Source: Amoebophrya sp. A120 (taxonomy: Eukaryota; Protista; Dinoflagellata). Taken from it: a stretch of DNA of 64,000 bases. A program made the position numbers and the translations under genes. The stretch lies in assembly GCA_905178155.1 (NCBI GenBank), contig CAJINV010000016.1, forward strand, positions 1,393,386 through 1,457,385, given 5' to 3'. The notes below the pieces were generated by a model. That model saw nothing but the letters and a program-made list of their open reading frames with translations. It made no database searches and was not told the DNA's origin. Below are positions 36,960 to 48,200 of this stretch, piece by piece (position 1 is the first letter of the stretch; each line of letters begins with the position of its first letter).

Positions 36960-38155
36960 TACTCCGGCTTTGCGAACTGTTGCGGGTACGGATACTTCAG
37001 CTCGTTGAAGAGCACCCGCTGCCAGCGAGTATCTGGCTCGTTCTCGTAGATCTCGCTGAGATAGTCCGCGACGTTGGTGCTCCGCGGCTTGTCACGCGGG
37101 CCGCAATTTTTGAACCAAGTCGCACCGTCGGATTTTCTGTCAAAACCGAGACCCAAAGAAGCTTCCGGGGAGACGGTGTAGTCTCGATCACCGTCCGCAC
37201 AGCACAAGAAAAGAGGTCTCGCAGAAGTTTTTAGCGGCTGGTCCCAGTTGTATGCGGTGCTGCGGACAAAGTGCCTTTGGTGGCGTAGGTGGTGCTCCAG
37301 GAGGGACTCGAGCTCTTTCCCACGGAGGTTAACCGGGCTAGTAAACAGCTCCGGGTCAAAAATTTCAAAAAGCGATCGGAGAGTGTCGTCGGCGTGTTCC
37401 GTCGGCTCCGCCCAGCTAGCGAATCGGTTAAGACGCCGCAGCTTTGCGCACGGGCAGAGGGCCTTGTCCTCCGTGCGGACGTACAGATCTCCGGACAAGT
37501 ATTCGCTAATGTACTCGCTGATACAACGCCCGACGCAGTCCTGGCACAGAAGGAAGCGCTTCAGTTGTGCTTCCGTCCAGTCGCGGAAACAAAACGTAAT
37601 GTAACCCGCGAAGACGTAGTCCTGTCCGCGGTCCTCCGGGGCTTCGGACTTCGCGGCTTTCTCCGCCGAGGACTTATTCTGGACCTGCTTGACGTTGAGC
37701 CAGATGATGTAGCGCGCGAAACACGTCGACACGTGGCGCTTGAAGAAACTTGCCTTTCGCAGGTCAAGTTCTCGCGGCGAAAGCACCGCGTCCAAAGACT
37801 TACCCAGTCGCTCGATGCTCCGAAATTCGTGCAAAAGCTGCTGTCCCGAGAATTCTGGATATTCTTCTGGAAACAAGAAGGAGCGGTCCGGGTCGGTCGT
37901 TTTCGATCCGAAAATCGGATCCGTATGCTTCAGCTCCTTCGGGTTCTCGGCATAGACATGCTTTGTTTCTGCGATCGGAGAAGTTCTTTCCGAATTAGCA
38001 AAGCGAATCGAGAAAGGGTGAAACTTAATAAAACTTTCTTGACGATCGATGGTAGCGTAAGTTTGGTTCGAAAGTTGAGAATCAAAGCTAAAGCTTCTCA
38101 CTCGGTCTTCGACGTGCTTTTCGTTATCAAAGTTTACTGAGCTACGTCGTGACAT
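36959..38155 (-). CDS. Element ORF1, 398 aa, function unknown
   Basis: Intact ATG ORF inside the element; its stop overlaps the YR start (TAATG); Cys clusters CQDCVGRC, LCPC, LCC. Confidence 0.7.
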   Translation of the reverse strand: MSRRSSVNFDNEKHVEDRVRSFSFDSQLSNQTYATIDRQESFIKFHPFSIRFANSERTSPIAETKHVYAENPKELKHTDPIFGSKTTDPDRSFLFPEEYPEFSGQQLLHEFRSIERLGKSLDAVLSPRELDLRKASFFKRHVSTCFARYIIWLNVKQVQNKSSAEKAAKSEAPEDRGQDYVFAGYITFCFRDWTEAQLKRFLLCQDCVGRCISEYISEYLSGDLYVRTEDKALCPCAKLRRLNRFASWAEPTEHADDTLRSLFEIFDPELFTSPVNLRGKELESLLEHHLRHQRHFVRSTAYNWDQPLKTSARPLFLCCADGDRDYTVSPEASLGLGFDRKSDGATWFKNCGPRDKPRSTNVADYLSEIYENEPDTRWQRVLFNELKYPYPQQFAKPE

Positions 38156-38244
38156 CTTGCGACTGGGCGTACTTCATTTTATTTCTACTCCTGTGATTAT
38201 TTGGGTGGGACAACGAAGTTGCGACTCACGAGAAAAAAGGGTGG

Positions 38245-38345
38245 GCTGAAAAACAGAGCCCCGCTCCCCTCGAGAAAAGGAGAGGGCGGGGCGGATGTTC
38301 CTTACCCATAAGGCGTGAATGCATTGATCTAAACACTACCTATAA
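38245..38345. repeat. Split direct repeat A, internal copy (101 bp)
   Basis: Identical to 39204-39304; overlaps internal B by TATAA. Confidence 0.95.
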
Positions 38346-38715
38346 GTTTTTATAACACTGCTCAGATAAAGGACATTCACGCACGCAGAACACGACCTTC
38401 AAATCTCTGATCCTGAGTCTCTTTAGACTTTTCGCTCGTGTTCAAGTTATGTGGTGAACCATAAATACATGGGCCAAACAAAAATGCTGTCGTAAGCAAA
38501 GCTTACGCTCGACATTCATGAAGCTGCAATAGGTGCGGCTACGCTACCTTTAGAGCTACATGTTGCTCGGGGGAGCTCCGTGTTTTCAGGCGGGTTTTCA
38601 TAGGACGCAGGGGGTCCCTAGAAAGAGTAGCTTTAGTTTTAAAACTATTTCGTAAAACCGCTAAAGCCGAAGCTACCGCGAACGTAAACTGCTTGTTTAA
38701 AGTGCAAGTAAGTTT
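38341..38715. repeat. Split direct repeat B, internal copy
   Basis: Matches 28755-29129. Confidence 0.95.
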
Positions 38716-39203
38716 TCGTAGACGGCCTAAAAGGATCCTAAATCCTAGAGCATAGTCGACCGCCAATAGTACCAAAGTAAGCAGCAGCGCAGACTGCTGC
38801 AGTTACATGATGCCATTGTAACGAGTAACGGAGACTATGAGAAAGGAAAAGGAAGGGAGGGAGGTAAAACCGCGAATTTTCAAAAATTTATTTTTAAACT
38901 CCCCGCTTTCACGGTGGAAATAAATTGAACATAAAATTTTGAAGGCAGCCAGAGATGACTGTTGAAATTCGCGGTGCCTAACTCCTAAAAAAAGGAGGAG
39001 AAAGGGGAAGGAGGTGGGAGCCCTGGTTGCGTGAAAGCGAGCAAGCAGGGCAAGATAAAAATAATGAAATTCCGCGAAATCCGCGAAATATTAAAATTTT
39101 ATTTTTATGGAGCTGGAGTTCTCGGGAGGGTGGGGACGAACAGTCCCACTCACATCCTGGCCTAAGGCCGAGTGTTTAAGCAGCAGAAGGCAAAGGCCAG
39201 GAA

Positions 39204-39304
39204 GCTGAAAAACAGAGCCCCGCTCCCCTCGAGAAAAGGAGAGGGCGGGGCGGATGTTCCTTACCCATAAGGCGTGAATGCATTGATCTAAACACTACCT
39301 ATAA
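39204..39304. repeat. Split direct repeat A, terminal copy
   Basis: Identical to 38245-38345; ends in TATAA. Confidence 0.95.
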
Positions 39305-39558
39305 TTTCACGTTTTATTTCCGTTCGAGTAACTGATCACGCGCTGCAGTAAAGATTCACTGTCCTTCAACACTCATCCAATGAGGCAACTCTGTAGTTCT
39401 TCTTCTTCTGAATATGGACAGCAGATGCCGCAGGTCTGTGCCGCACAGACATCAGACACGTTGAAGTTCTAACAACTACAGCAACCTGTACTAGAAACAG
39501 CTCGCTAGTCCTTTTTTCGGTAGAAGCCGTCGATCTTGAGATTTGCAGAATTCCTATC

Positions 39559-42500
39559 TCAAAAAAACATTGAAAAGAACCCGCCTTCTTCTTTATCTGG
39601 CGCCGCTTCCGGATCCGGCTCAGGTTGCAACACTGAGTCTACTTTTGGCGCACCTCCCTTCTCACCCTCTTCGGGCTCCAGTACTATCACAGGAATCTCG
39701 TACTCCGCCTCAAATTCCTTTTTGATCCCGTCGTTACTTGAAAAATCGCCCGTCAACAAATTCGTCAATCTCCTCTGTATCCCCCGCTGGTTCACCGCAT
39801 CTCCCAACAACTGTTTATGAAATGCAAAAACATCGTACTAGTATAAATCGCATGACAAATTTCCTCAGCATGAAAAACCAAATTTGCAATGCGGATTTGA
39901 CTTGAGAAAGAAATTTGTAATGCATGTTTGCAATTACTACGAGTACGATACTTTTGCACAGGATACTGTTTCCGGTTCAGCCAATCCAACTCCTTGTCGA
40001 ACAACCCAGATTATCAACTGTAAAAGTGTCTGGGTCTGGAAGAATGCGAGTTTGTCATGCATGTCTGGCATGATTCGAGAATCTGTGTTGCATAGGCACG
40101 AAAAAGCCCTCTTACTTGTCATGCAAAAACGCAGTTTGCCATGCGGAATACGTAAGACATGGCAGCCAAAAAATTTGTCATGCATAGCTGCGTACTGCAG
40201 TGCGTCTATCATTCATTTTTAGCAGCACAATTTTCCAGACCCAGACATTTTTACATTTGATACAGATAAAGGCTTCAATTCCAACGTCATCTTCTTCACT
40301 TCCTTCCTTTTCTCCAGCCCCAACCCCTTCGCGGCTGTATCTAGATTGCAAACCAAATCAAACGCCGTTCGAAATTCCTTGTCCAAAACTTCTATCGGTC
40401 GGACGTTCGCGATTTGTAACGTTTCGTCCTTCTCTGTCGCGGCGATATCTTCTTTCAACTGCTTCAAACCGGCGAGGATTAGTTTTCGGCTCATCTTGTA
40501 CTCTTCTGTCAGTTTCTCGAACGATTCCAGCTTCTGTCTCTTCGATGCAACATGATCAGGCACATACGTCCACGTCATTTTCGCAACTTTTTTCTCCAAT
40601 TTATCGCATTTACTACTCAATTCCTCGTTTTGGTTCTTCAAGAAAGAGATCTGCTCCTCGGTCAGTGAATGGGTTTTCCACAATGATTTGCAGATAATCT
40701 GCCCGTTTTCGTCGGTTTCGGAACCCAGGTGCTTGAGTAAAATCGCGAAATCGTCTTCCAGGGAGAATTTGTACGTCTCTGTTTTGAATTCTTCGTCCGG
40801 TGCTTGGGCTTCTTTTTCTTGATATTGCGGTTGGATTTCAGGGGCTTGAATTTCTCTGTCTGCGTATTCGGGTTTGGTTTCCGGGGCTTGGACTTCTTTG
40901 TCCTCTTTTTGTGCAGCAGCTTCGCCAGATGATGTTGTTGACAAAAGTGGTTTCTTCATCATGCTCGTTGCGGCAGTGAGAGTTCGCAGCCGGCCCCAAC
41001 GTGATTTTCCGGTTGCAGCTGGGGCTTCGGTAGTCTCTGCTGGTTTACTTACAGGCTCCTCCTCTTCTGCCGGCTTCGAAGCAGGAACCTCTTCTACTTC
41101 AAGCTTTACTTCCTCGGTCGTAGTAGTTCTTACGGGTGCTGCTTGGTCCACCACCACTGCTTCCGCAGTCTCGGCTTCAACAGGCGAAGGTGTCGTATCA
41201 GCCACGGTATCCGCTTCCGCCACAGTTTCCTCAGTAATCGTCTTCCGTTTTCCAAAAGAGCCGAAAGCCGCCCTTGCTACGAATCCGCCTCTTAAACGAG
41301 ACCAACCTCTGAAGGCAGGAGACGATCCAGGGGCAGGCTTGGCTGTTGCAGCTGATTCTTCCGCAGCAGGCGGCTCCGCAGCAGGGGAAGGGGTTGGCTC
41401 CTCTGCTTCTGCAGGCTTCGCTTCTTCGGTTGACAAATCCCGCACAGCAGGAGCCGGTAGCGCCACGTCATCCGTTTGGACAGCCACGGCGCCGGGCTTT
41501 ATTTCCACAGCTTCATCAGTCTGTGGAGCTTTAACTTCTGCCTTCGCAACTTCTTCTTGTTCAGCCGGCTTCGAAGTGTCATCAGGAGCTCCCGCCGCCG
41601 CCACTTCTGTTCCGCCCTCCTCGACCGGCTCCTTTTTCTTCGGAGTAAACGCTTCCAGAGCGATTTTCGCAGCGAGATGGGCGTGGAAACCTCTCCTGAT
41701 TGCGACCCATCCTCGGGAAGGGCCGGGTCTGTTCTTCTTCGGAGGTGGTGCAGTCTCTGCTTCTCCGTCAACGGGAGCGGACGCAGCTGCTGCTGCAGCA
41801 CCCACGTCTGCTGGGGGCTGATGCGCGTCTGCTGGTTCATTCGCTTTTTCAGTAGCCGTAACTGTGGCGGCATCATCTTTTTGAGTTTCCCCGTCCTCTT
41901 GTACCCCGGGAGTTGCGCTTGCGGTGGGATCTAGTTCATCGGTCGGCTTCTCTTCTGGTTCAGCAGGCTTCGTGGCCGCGCCGACGTCTTCGACAACATC
42001 AGCACTTTTCTCTGCTGCTGCAGTATTCTCTGCACCCTGGTTTCCCACGGGTGCAACTGGGACAGCCGCATCAGAAGGGACAACTGCCTCTCCCGCGACT
42101 TCGGCTTCGTCGGTTTTCTCTGCAGTGGTCGCGTCTCCATCTACCGCTTTTGGCTCTTCCGCCGGTGCAGCAACTCCAGAAGCAGGCGCTTCTTTTTTCT
42201 TCCCAAAGAACATGCCCATTCTGAGTGTCCCCTTCGTTTTCGACCAGAATGAGCGTTTTGTCGCCGCGGGCTTCTCAACAGCTGGCTCTTGTTCCTTCTT
42301 CTCCTCCGGTGACTCCGTAACAACAGGGCCTGGCGAAGGCTCAACAGCCTCAGGTGACGCAGACGCTACAGCAGCAGCTTCATCAGGCTTTGGCTCTGCA
42401 GCAGTTGCAGGATCTTCGGCGTCGACAGGTTTTGGTGCTTCAGAATCGGGAACAACACCTGCCTCCGCTTCTTTCGGCGCGTCTCCAGATGAAACAGGTG

Positions 42501-43174
42501 CTGCAGCAGTGCCTTCTGCCGGTGCTTCTGCTGCGGTAGCCTCTTTCGTTTCCTCCTTAACCTCCTGCGCTCCTTCAGCAGGTGGCTCAGCCTCCTCCAC
42601 CGGCTGCTCCCCGGTAGCTTGAGTTTGATCGGCAAGAGCAGCAGCAGTTTTTTCCTGGTCTCCGGGTTTTTGCTCCTCCTCATGATTAGCAGGTTCCGGC
42701 ACTTGCTCTTTCGGCTCCTCAGCTTTTTTCTTCGCTGTAATTTTCGACAGCATGCTCATACCAGAGCGCGCTACGAAGTTTCCCCGCAGCATGCCCCAGG
42801 ATTTCTTCCCAATACCGGTCGTGGTTCTTTTCTCCTCGGCGGGAGCAGGAGCTGGTGGCGCGGCTGGCTCAACTGGTTTTTCCTCGGCTGCCGCTACGGC
42901 AACTGTTTCTGTTGGTTTTTGTTCTGCGGCAGGTGGCGCGGCCACTCCAGCTGGCTTCTCCTCGGTGGCAGTGGCTGCTGCAGCAGTGGCTGCTGCAGCA
43001 TCCTGCGCGGGCTGCGATTGATTTTCGTCTTTTGATTGCGACGCGACTGCAGCAGGTGATTCCTCTTTAGGTTTTGATGGTTGTTCAACCTCCTCTTTAG
43101 TTACTGGTGCTTCTTCACCCAGGTTTGCTCTCACCCGCAGCTGCGGGCGTGGGAGCTTCAACTTGCTCTACCAT
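39559..43174 (-). CDS. Long Ala/Glu/Pro-rich disordered protein with five basic Trp motifs and a C-terminal Vti1-Habc-like domain, about 1067 aa
   Basis: ORF 40219-43161 joins across introners 40012-40262 and 39816-39965 to ORF 39559-39810. Likely ATG at 43174 (MVEQVEAPTP) needs one extra base near 43119 removed. Confidence 0.75.
39816..39965. mobile_element. Introner, TIR family A
   Basis: tatgaaatgcaaaaacatcgtact ... agtacgatacttttgcacaggata; TSD CTGTT. Confidence 0.92.
40012..40262. mobile_element. Introner, TIR family B
   Basis: tatcaactgtaaaagtgtctgggtctggaa ... ttccagacccagacatttttacatttgata; TSD CAGAT. Confidence 0.93.
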
Positions 43175-43888
43175 TTTGGGAGGTGTGAGTGTGTATGACA
43201 AAAGTAGTGATGAAAGTCAAAACTTTAGGTTTTGGTTTAGCTAGTGTCGGCATTTCGACGGGGGTTACCCAAGAATATCCGAGGATGATGAAAAACAGCT
43301 GCCACTGCGAGGACAAGAGAGGCACGTGCCGAGAAAGATCACGACGGGCTTACACTCACACCAGCAACTTCTTCTTCTAGAAGTTCTAGGTGAAGATACG
43401 AAAGAACTAACATTAAACTAAAACAACACAGATTTTGCTTTATTACTGTGGTCACATTCATAAACCGATACCACAAATCAGCTCACGTTCACGATCGCGA
43501 GCAACACCGATGCAACTGCAGAAAGAGCAGCGAAAAGCAACACGCTCCTTGAACAGGAGAGACGATGACCGATGCAAGCAAAAATCAACCGACACGAAGA
43601 TGATGATTGTCCACAAAAGACAGCGAATCGCAATCAAAATCAAGACGCACGAGCTGTATCCATCACAAAATACGCGCTCGTCTGAACCGATATTCATTTG
43701 CAAGATTCACGACACAGACAGAATTTCTTATTCAAACCTCGAATGAAATCACAAAAAAATCATCCGATGTCATTTCATTTCTGTTTGCGTGACAAGGGTT
43801 TGGATTTGACAAAAGCAGCACAGTGGCTAAAGTTCCTGTGCGGCTGCACCGCGGTGGAAGCTTTCCTCGCTTTCTGCAACTCCTCCTG

Positions 43889-44598
43889 TCACCAAAACTT
43901 ATACCAGGGTTTTTCGATTTCTGTTATTGTCCTCCCCGCCTGATTCAGTTCCCCGCTCACCGTGCCCATGTTGGCCCGTGTCCTTTGTATCGTTTCCCTC
44001 TGCACGGACAAATCGTTCAAGATCTCGTTGCCTATCTGCTCGGTTTCTATCGCGGTTCGGGTGGCCTGTTTAACCATCTCCGTCCCGTCTTCGATCTGCT
44101 GCTCGGTTTCTGTAGTGGATAATTTTTGTAGCTGATGTAGTCGTTTTTATCATCTTGTTCCGCATGTTCTTGAGATTTTGTAGTATTGCAGATGATGCAC
44201 CAGGCGCAAAGGAGGAAGTCGGTACAAGAATCGACGTTATTCAAATTCAGCAAACAGCAATCATGCTCATTCTCACCTGCCAGCCGCTTCTGTATCGCCC
44301 GTTGCTGCGCGGCTTCGCCGAGTAACCCCTTTCGATTTATCACTGCGAGCTTCTGGTCGAATTCCTTGGAGTAGGACTTCAATTCCAACACCCACTGCTT
44401 CACCTCTCTCCTCTTTTCCATCCCGAGGGACTTCGCTTCCAGGTCTAGGGATCTCAGGCTGTCCTCTGCTTCCTTGAAGGATTTGTGGATGGATTGAATC
44501 AGCTGGGGGTTGGGCGTGTCCGCGGTGTTGAGTTGTTCAAGACCGCGTTTTACCTCGACGAGATTGTCGTCGTACGCAGATTTGTAGGAGTCGAACAT
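43889..44598 (-). CDS. VTI1: Vti1-like Qb-SNARE, 180 aa, no evident TM anchor
   Basis: Habc (FDSYKSAY...EAEDSLRSLDLEAKSL) and SNARE motif (AIETEQIGNEILNDLSVQRETIQRTR); GT-AG intron 44110-44276. Confidence 0.8.
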
Positions 44599-45201
44599 TT
44601 TTTGTTTTCTGGCTTTTTTGCTGAATTCTTCGCAAAGCTACAAGAAGGCACTATTTGCGTTCAATTTTTTGGACTAGACGAGCAGGTAAGTACTTGGTTC
44701 GCAGCAATCATCGCAGTGCAGCACCAATTCAATTTCTTTGGAAACTACTCTCGCAATACTGCTCACTTCTGATCGATCGCCAAAGTCTACATGCCGCTCG
44801 CAGGTTTGACGAAACATGCCCAGCTTCAAAAATGTGACTCCAGCTGCGGCCGCTTTGAGAAAACCAGCAAAGGCAAACCCACGAACATCATTAAACAGTA
44901 TTTGCACGACTACGCCAATGGAGCAGGTCTTCAAGGTGTTTCGCTTCTTGAAAAAGTAGAGAAGATGTCGATGCTGGTGGACGGTTCTTCTTGCGTTTGC
45001 TAGCTTTTGCGAAGATTGCGCTGAGTCAGAAGTCTAAGCAGTCCTATTTCTTCGAAGTATTATATCAAGAGGTGGTGTGTTGAGATGAGACTCAGAGATA
45101 AACTCTCGTACTAGACCAAGGCCGTTGTCTACTTTTGCGGCCTCGAACCAGAGTAGAGCCTAAAACTCTGCAGAATTACTTCTTGTTACATCTACTCATC
45201 G

Positions 45202-48200
45202 TCATCTGTTTGGCGATCTGCCAACATCGGCACTGAGGCTGCCTCGACCGACCTCGGGAGATGAACCTGCTGAAACTGCAGCCGCAGTGGAGCTAGAGCC
45301 CCTAGTACTACTCTCCCTGTTCATCTGACTGCCACTGTTTCTCTTCACCTGGGTGTACTGGGATTCTTCCGCCTCCGCCTCTGCAACTTCTTTCTCCAAG
45401 TACTCGACAAACTGCCTACCAATCGACGTCCGACCAGTAGAACCGTTCGCTGTCACACCATCTTCCGGCGAGTCGTTATCCAAATTCACCGGATTCGCTT
45501 CGTTTTGTAACGTGTGGAACAAATGACTGCGGTTCAAGCCGATCTGTTCCCGCTCCTGAATGTCGAAGCCGAGGGAATCCGCGAGTTTGGAAAGAAGCTC
45601 GAGCTTCTGGGCGTGGTGCCTGATAGATCATGTTCATGATGTATAACGTGTTTGATGTCATGGCTGACCACAAACAAGTCGAAATGTTATTCTCATGCGA
45701 ACGTGTACGTCATGTCTTGCCATAATGGATGGGCCCTTGAAAAGAAGCACAACGAAGTACTCTGAGTCAATGCTCTCCAGCATCTTTCTGTGCCTTCCGG
45801 CGCCGGAAACGTGCAGCAGATTGTCAAGGAGAGAGCGGGCGAGGACTCTGTCGACTTTGCAAAACTGGATGAGGCTATCGCACACAATCCGTCGGTCGAC
45901 TTGGTAGATGCGGTCCTGATTTTTTTTTTGCGACAATGCCAACATGCTTGAAAAACGCATAAGAAACCGGACGTGCAAAGGCAAAATCGCAGCACACTTG
46001 TCCTCTTACCTGTGATTCGCGTTTCATCTTCTCGAAGCACTGATCCACCAAGCTGGAAAAGTGATCCCGCTCCTGCCGCAGCTTCATGCAGGACTCCTGC
46101 CAAACGGCAGACTGGTTTTCCAGCTCCTCTATCCGTGTTTTGTCGGTGCTGGACCTGATAAAGATAAATGGCTGCAATGGCATTTCATACATGCATGGGA
46201 AGCGTATCCTGTGAAGCATCCTCGACGACATCAGATGGAATCTGAAGAGCAAACATTCATGCATTTCATCTTTTTTATTACCTGACTTCATCCTTCGTCA
46301 CGTTTTCATTTTTCTTCCGCACCGTCTCTTCCAACTCTGCCACCTGAATCTGCAACGCTCGTTTCGCTTTATTCGCTATCGCGACAGATTCCTGCAGCCG
46401 GTCCTGCTCCTCCATATGCTCATTCTGCAACAAATCCAAGGCCTCCTGCAACTTCGTCGCCGTTTGCTTCGAATCAAGCACCTGTTTCTCAAAATTATCC
46501 CGTTCTGCGGTTTGCTCTATCAATTTCTGCTTTGTCTTCGCCAAGTCCTCCTCTAGCTGCTGGAGTTTCAAGTCATTCTGCTGGTTGTTCTTGTCGTTTT
46601 TCAACTCCTGCAAGACCTGCGCGTCATTCCGGTGGTCGTTGACCCAGTTTTGGAGTCGTTCTACCTCTATCAAATGCAAATGTGTCTGGGTCTGGAAGAT
46701 TGCCAGGTTTGTCATGCATATCTCGCCCGACCCATGACGCCTGTAATGCATGACCTAGCATCACAGATTTTCATACGGCTTTCTGATGCCTTTTCCACAT
46801 GAGAAATGCCCTCTCCGCGTAGCACAGACTGGAGTTGTCTTGCCTGTCATGCAATACAGATTTCTTTCGAGTCCGAAGATAGCAGCACAAATTGCATCCT
46901 TCCAGACCCAGACATATTTGGAATGCATAACCTCGTGATTCTGCTTTTCGTACCGCGTCTGCCATTTCAGGTTCATGTCTTCTAACTCTGTGATCCGTTG
47001 CTTCCAATTTTGCTCAATTTCTGTCTCTAATTCCTCGTTGTGCGTGACTAAGGAGTTGTATTCATTGGTCAATTGGATCAGTTGCTGGTGGTAATCCTTG
47101 GACTGCTTCTCCCAGTGCTTCGCCATCTGGTGCGCTTCGGATTCGGGAATCGATGATGTTGAGGCTTCGGTTGGCGCCGCTGATGCGTCATGCTCAACCG
47201 CGGCTGCGGCACCAGAAGGTGGTCCCGTTGTAGTTGGGGGCGGACTGCTGCTCGGTGCTTCCTTTTTCGCGACGCTAGAAGAGGTTCTCGCTATTGGCGA
47301 CGCAGCAGCGGCGTCTTTGGACCTCCCCGGTGACACATTAGCGCCAAGCTTCGAAGTAGAGAACGTCAGCTCCTCGCTGGTGTTGCTCGTTTTCGACACG
47401 GTTGGTGGCTGCGGGTGTATCAACCCCGGAGTTGTGGTCAACAAGCTCGGCGTCTTCGTCTTCGAAGGTGAGTTCTGCCTCGATGAAGAAACCGAGTTTA
47501 TCGCGGTACTACTACTAGAAGCAACGATCCTGGAGAACGAGCACTGAACCGGCCGCATGCTATCCAAGACCGCATACAACGCCCCAAGAGATTCAAACGC
47601 CACCGGCTGCCCGTCGATATGGGTTAATTCATCGTTTAACCGAATTCCCATCCGGTAGCAGGCGACTTCCGAATTATCTGGGTTATCCACCGTTTCGGAT
47701 TTTTTCACGAAAATCCGCGCTGGCCGTCTGTCCAAACCTCGGTGATCCCCGTGGAAATCTTCGTCGCTGCTGTTGTAGTTGTCCTGCATCAGGTAGAACT
47801 CCAAACCTAGAGGGCCTTGCCCCATGATCATCGCGGTGTACTCGTACGTGGAATTTTTGGACGGGGATGAGGTTATAGGATTTTGCGGATTTACTTTACT
47901 GCTAGTAGAGGACGACGCGGGGGTGTTGCCGACGAGAAGCACACCGCGTTTCTGGCTTACAACATGATCTGCTGGTGGAGCAACGAGGACCGGAGGGGGC
48001 TCAGTCTTCTGGCCCGACGTTTTATTTGCAGGCTGCAAAGAAAAGCTGAGATCAGGCGAGGAGTCTGGAGTCGGGAATGCTTGTTTCGCGGTGCTGCTCT
48101 CTGGCTCGATATTGTTCGCATTCTCTACACTTGGGGCGGGAGCCGCCGGGGCTGTGCCTGTCGCTGCAGGATTCGTCGTGGTCCTTGAGCTCGGTGTAAA

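Larger units (their letters stand above)
28755..39304 (-). mobile_element. Tyrosine-recombinase (DIRS-order; Ngaro/PAT/VIPER-like) retrotransposon with split direct repeats
   Basis: YR, Gag-like and RT/RNase H ORFs. Repeat B at 28755-29129 and 38341-38715, repeat A at 38245-38345 and 39204-39304. TATAA at both ends and at the internal A/B junction. Confidence 0.9.

Noticed and set aside
28755-38715. B repeats read as the LTRs of an LTR retrotransposon
   Set aside because: No TG...CA ends, DDE integrase or protease; the YR and a second repeat pair fit the DIRS order
40874-43070. Long plus-strand ORFs (315 aa, 232 aa and similar elsewhere)
   Set aside because: Antisense shadows of low-complexity minus-strand CDS
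43110-43174. Frameshift near the start of the long gene read as recoding or a pseudogene
   Set aside because: A single extra base in a short G run is more simply an assembly error
4613-46929. Recurring peptides FQTQTFLHLI / NVKMSGSG and QKYRTR in many short ORFs
   Set aside because: They are translations of introner TIRs, not proteins
1708-46929. Dispersed repeats of about 30 bp read as a CRISPR array
   Set aside because: They are inverted pairs, irregularly spaced, in a eukaryotic context with no cas genes
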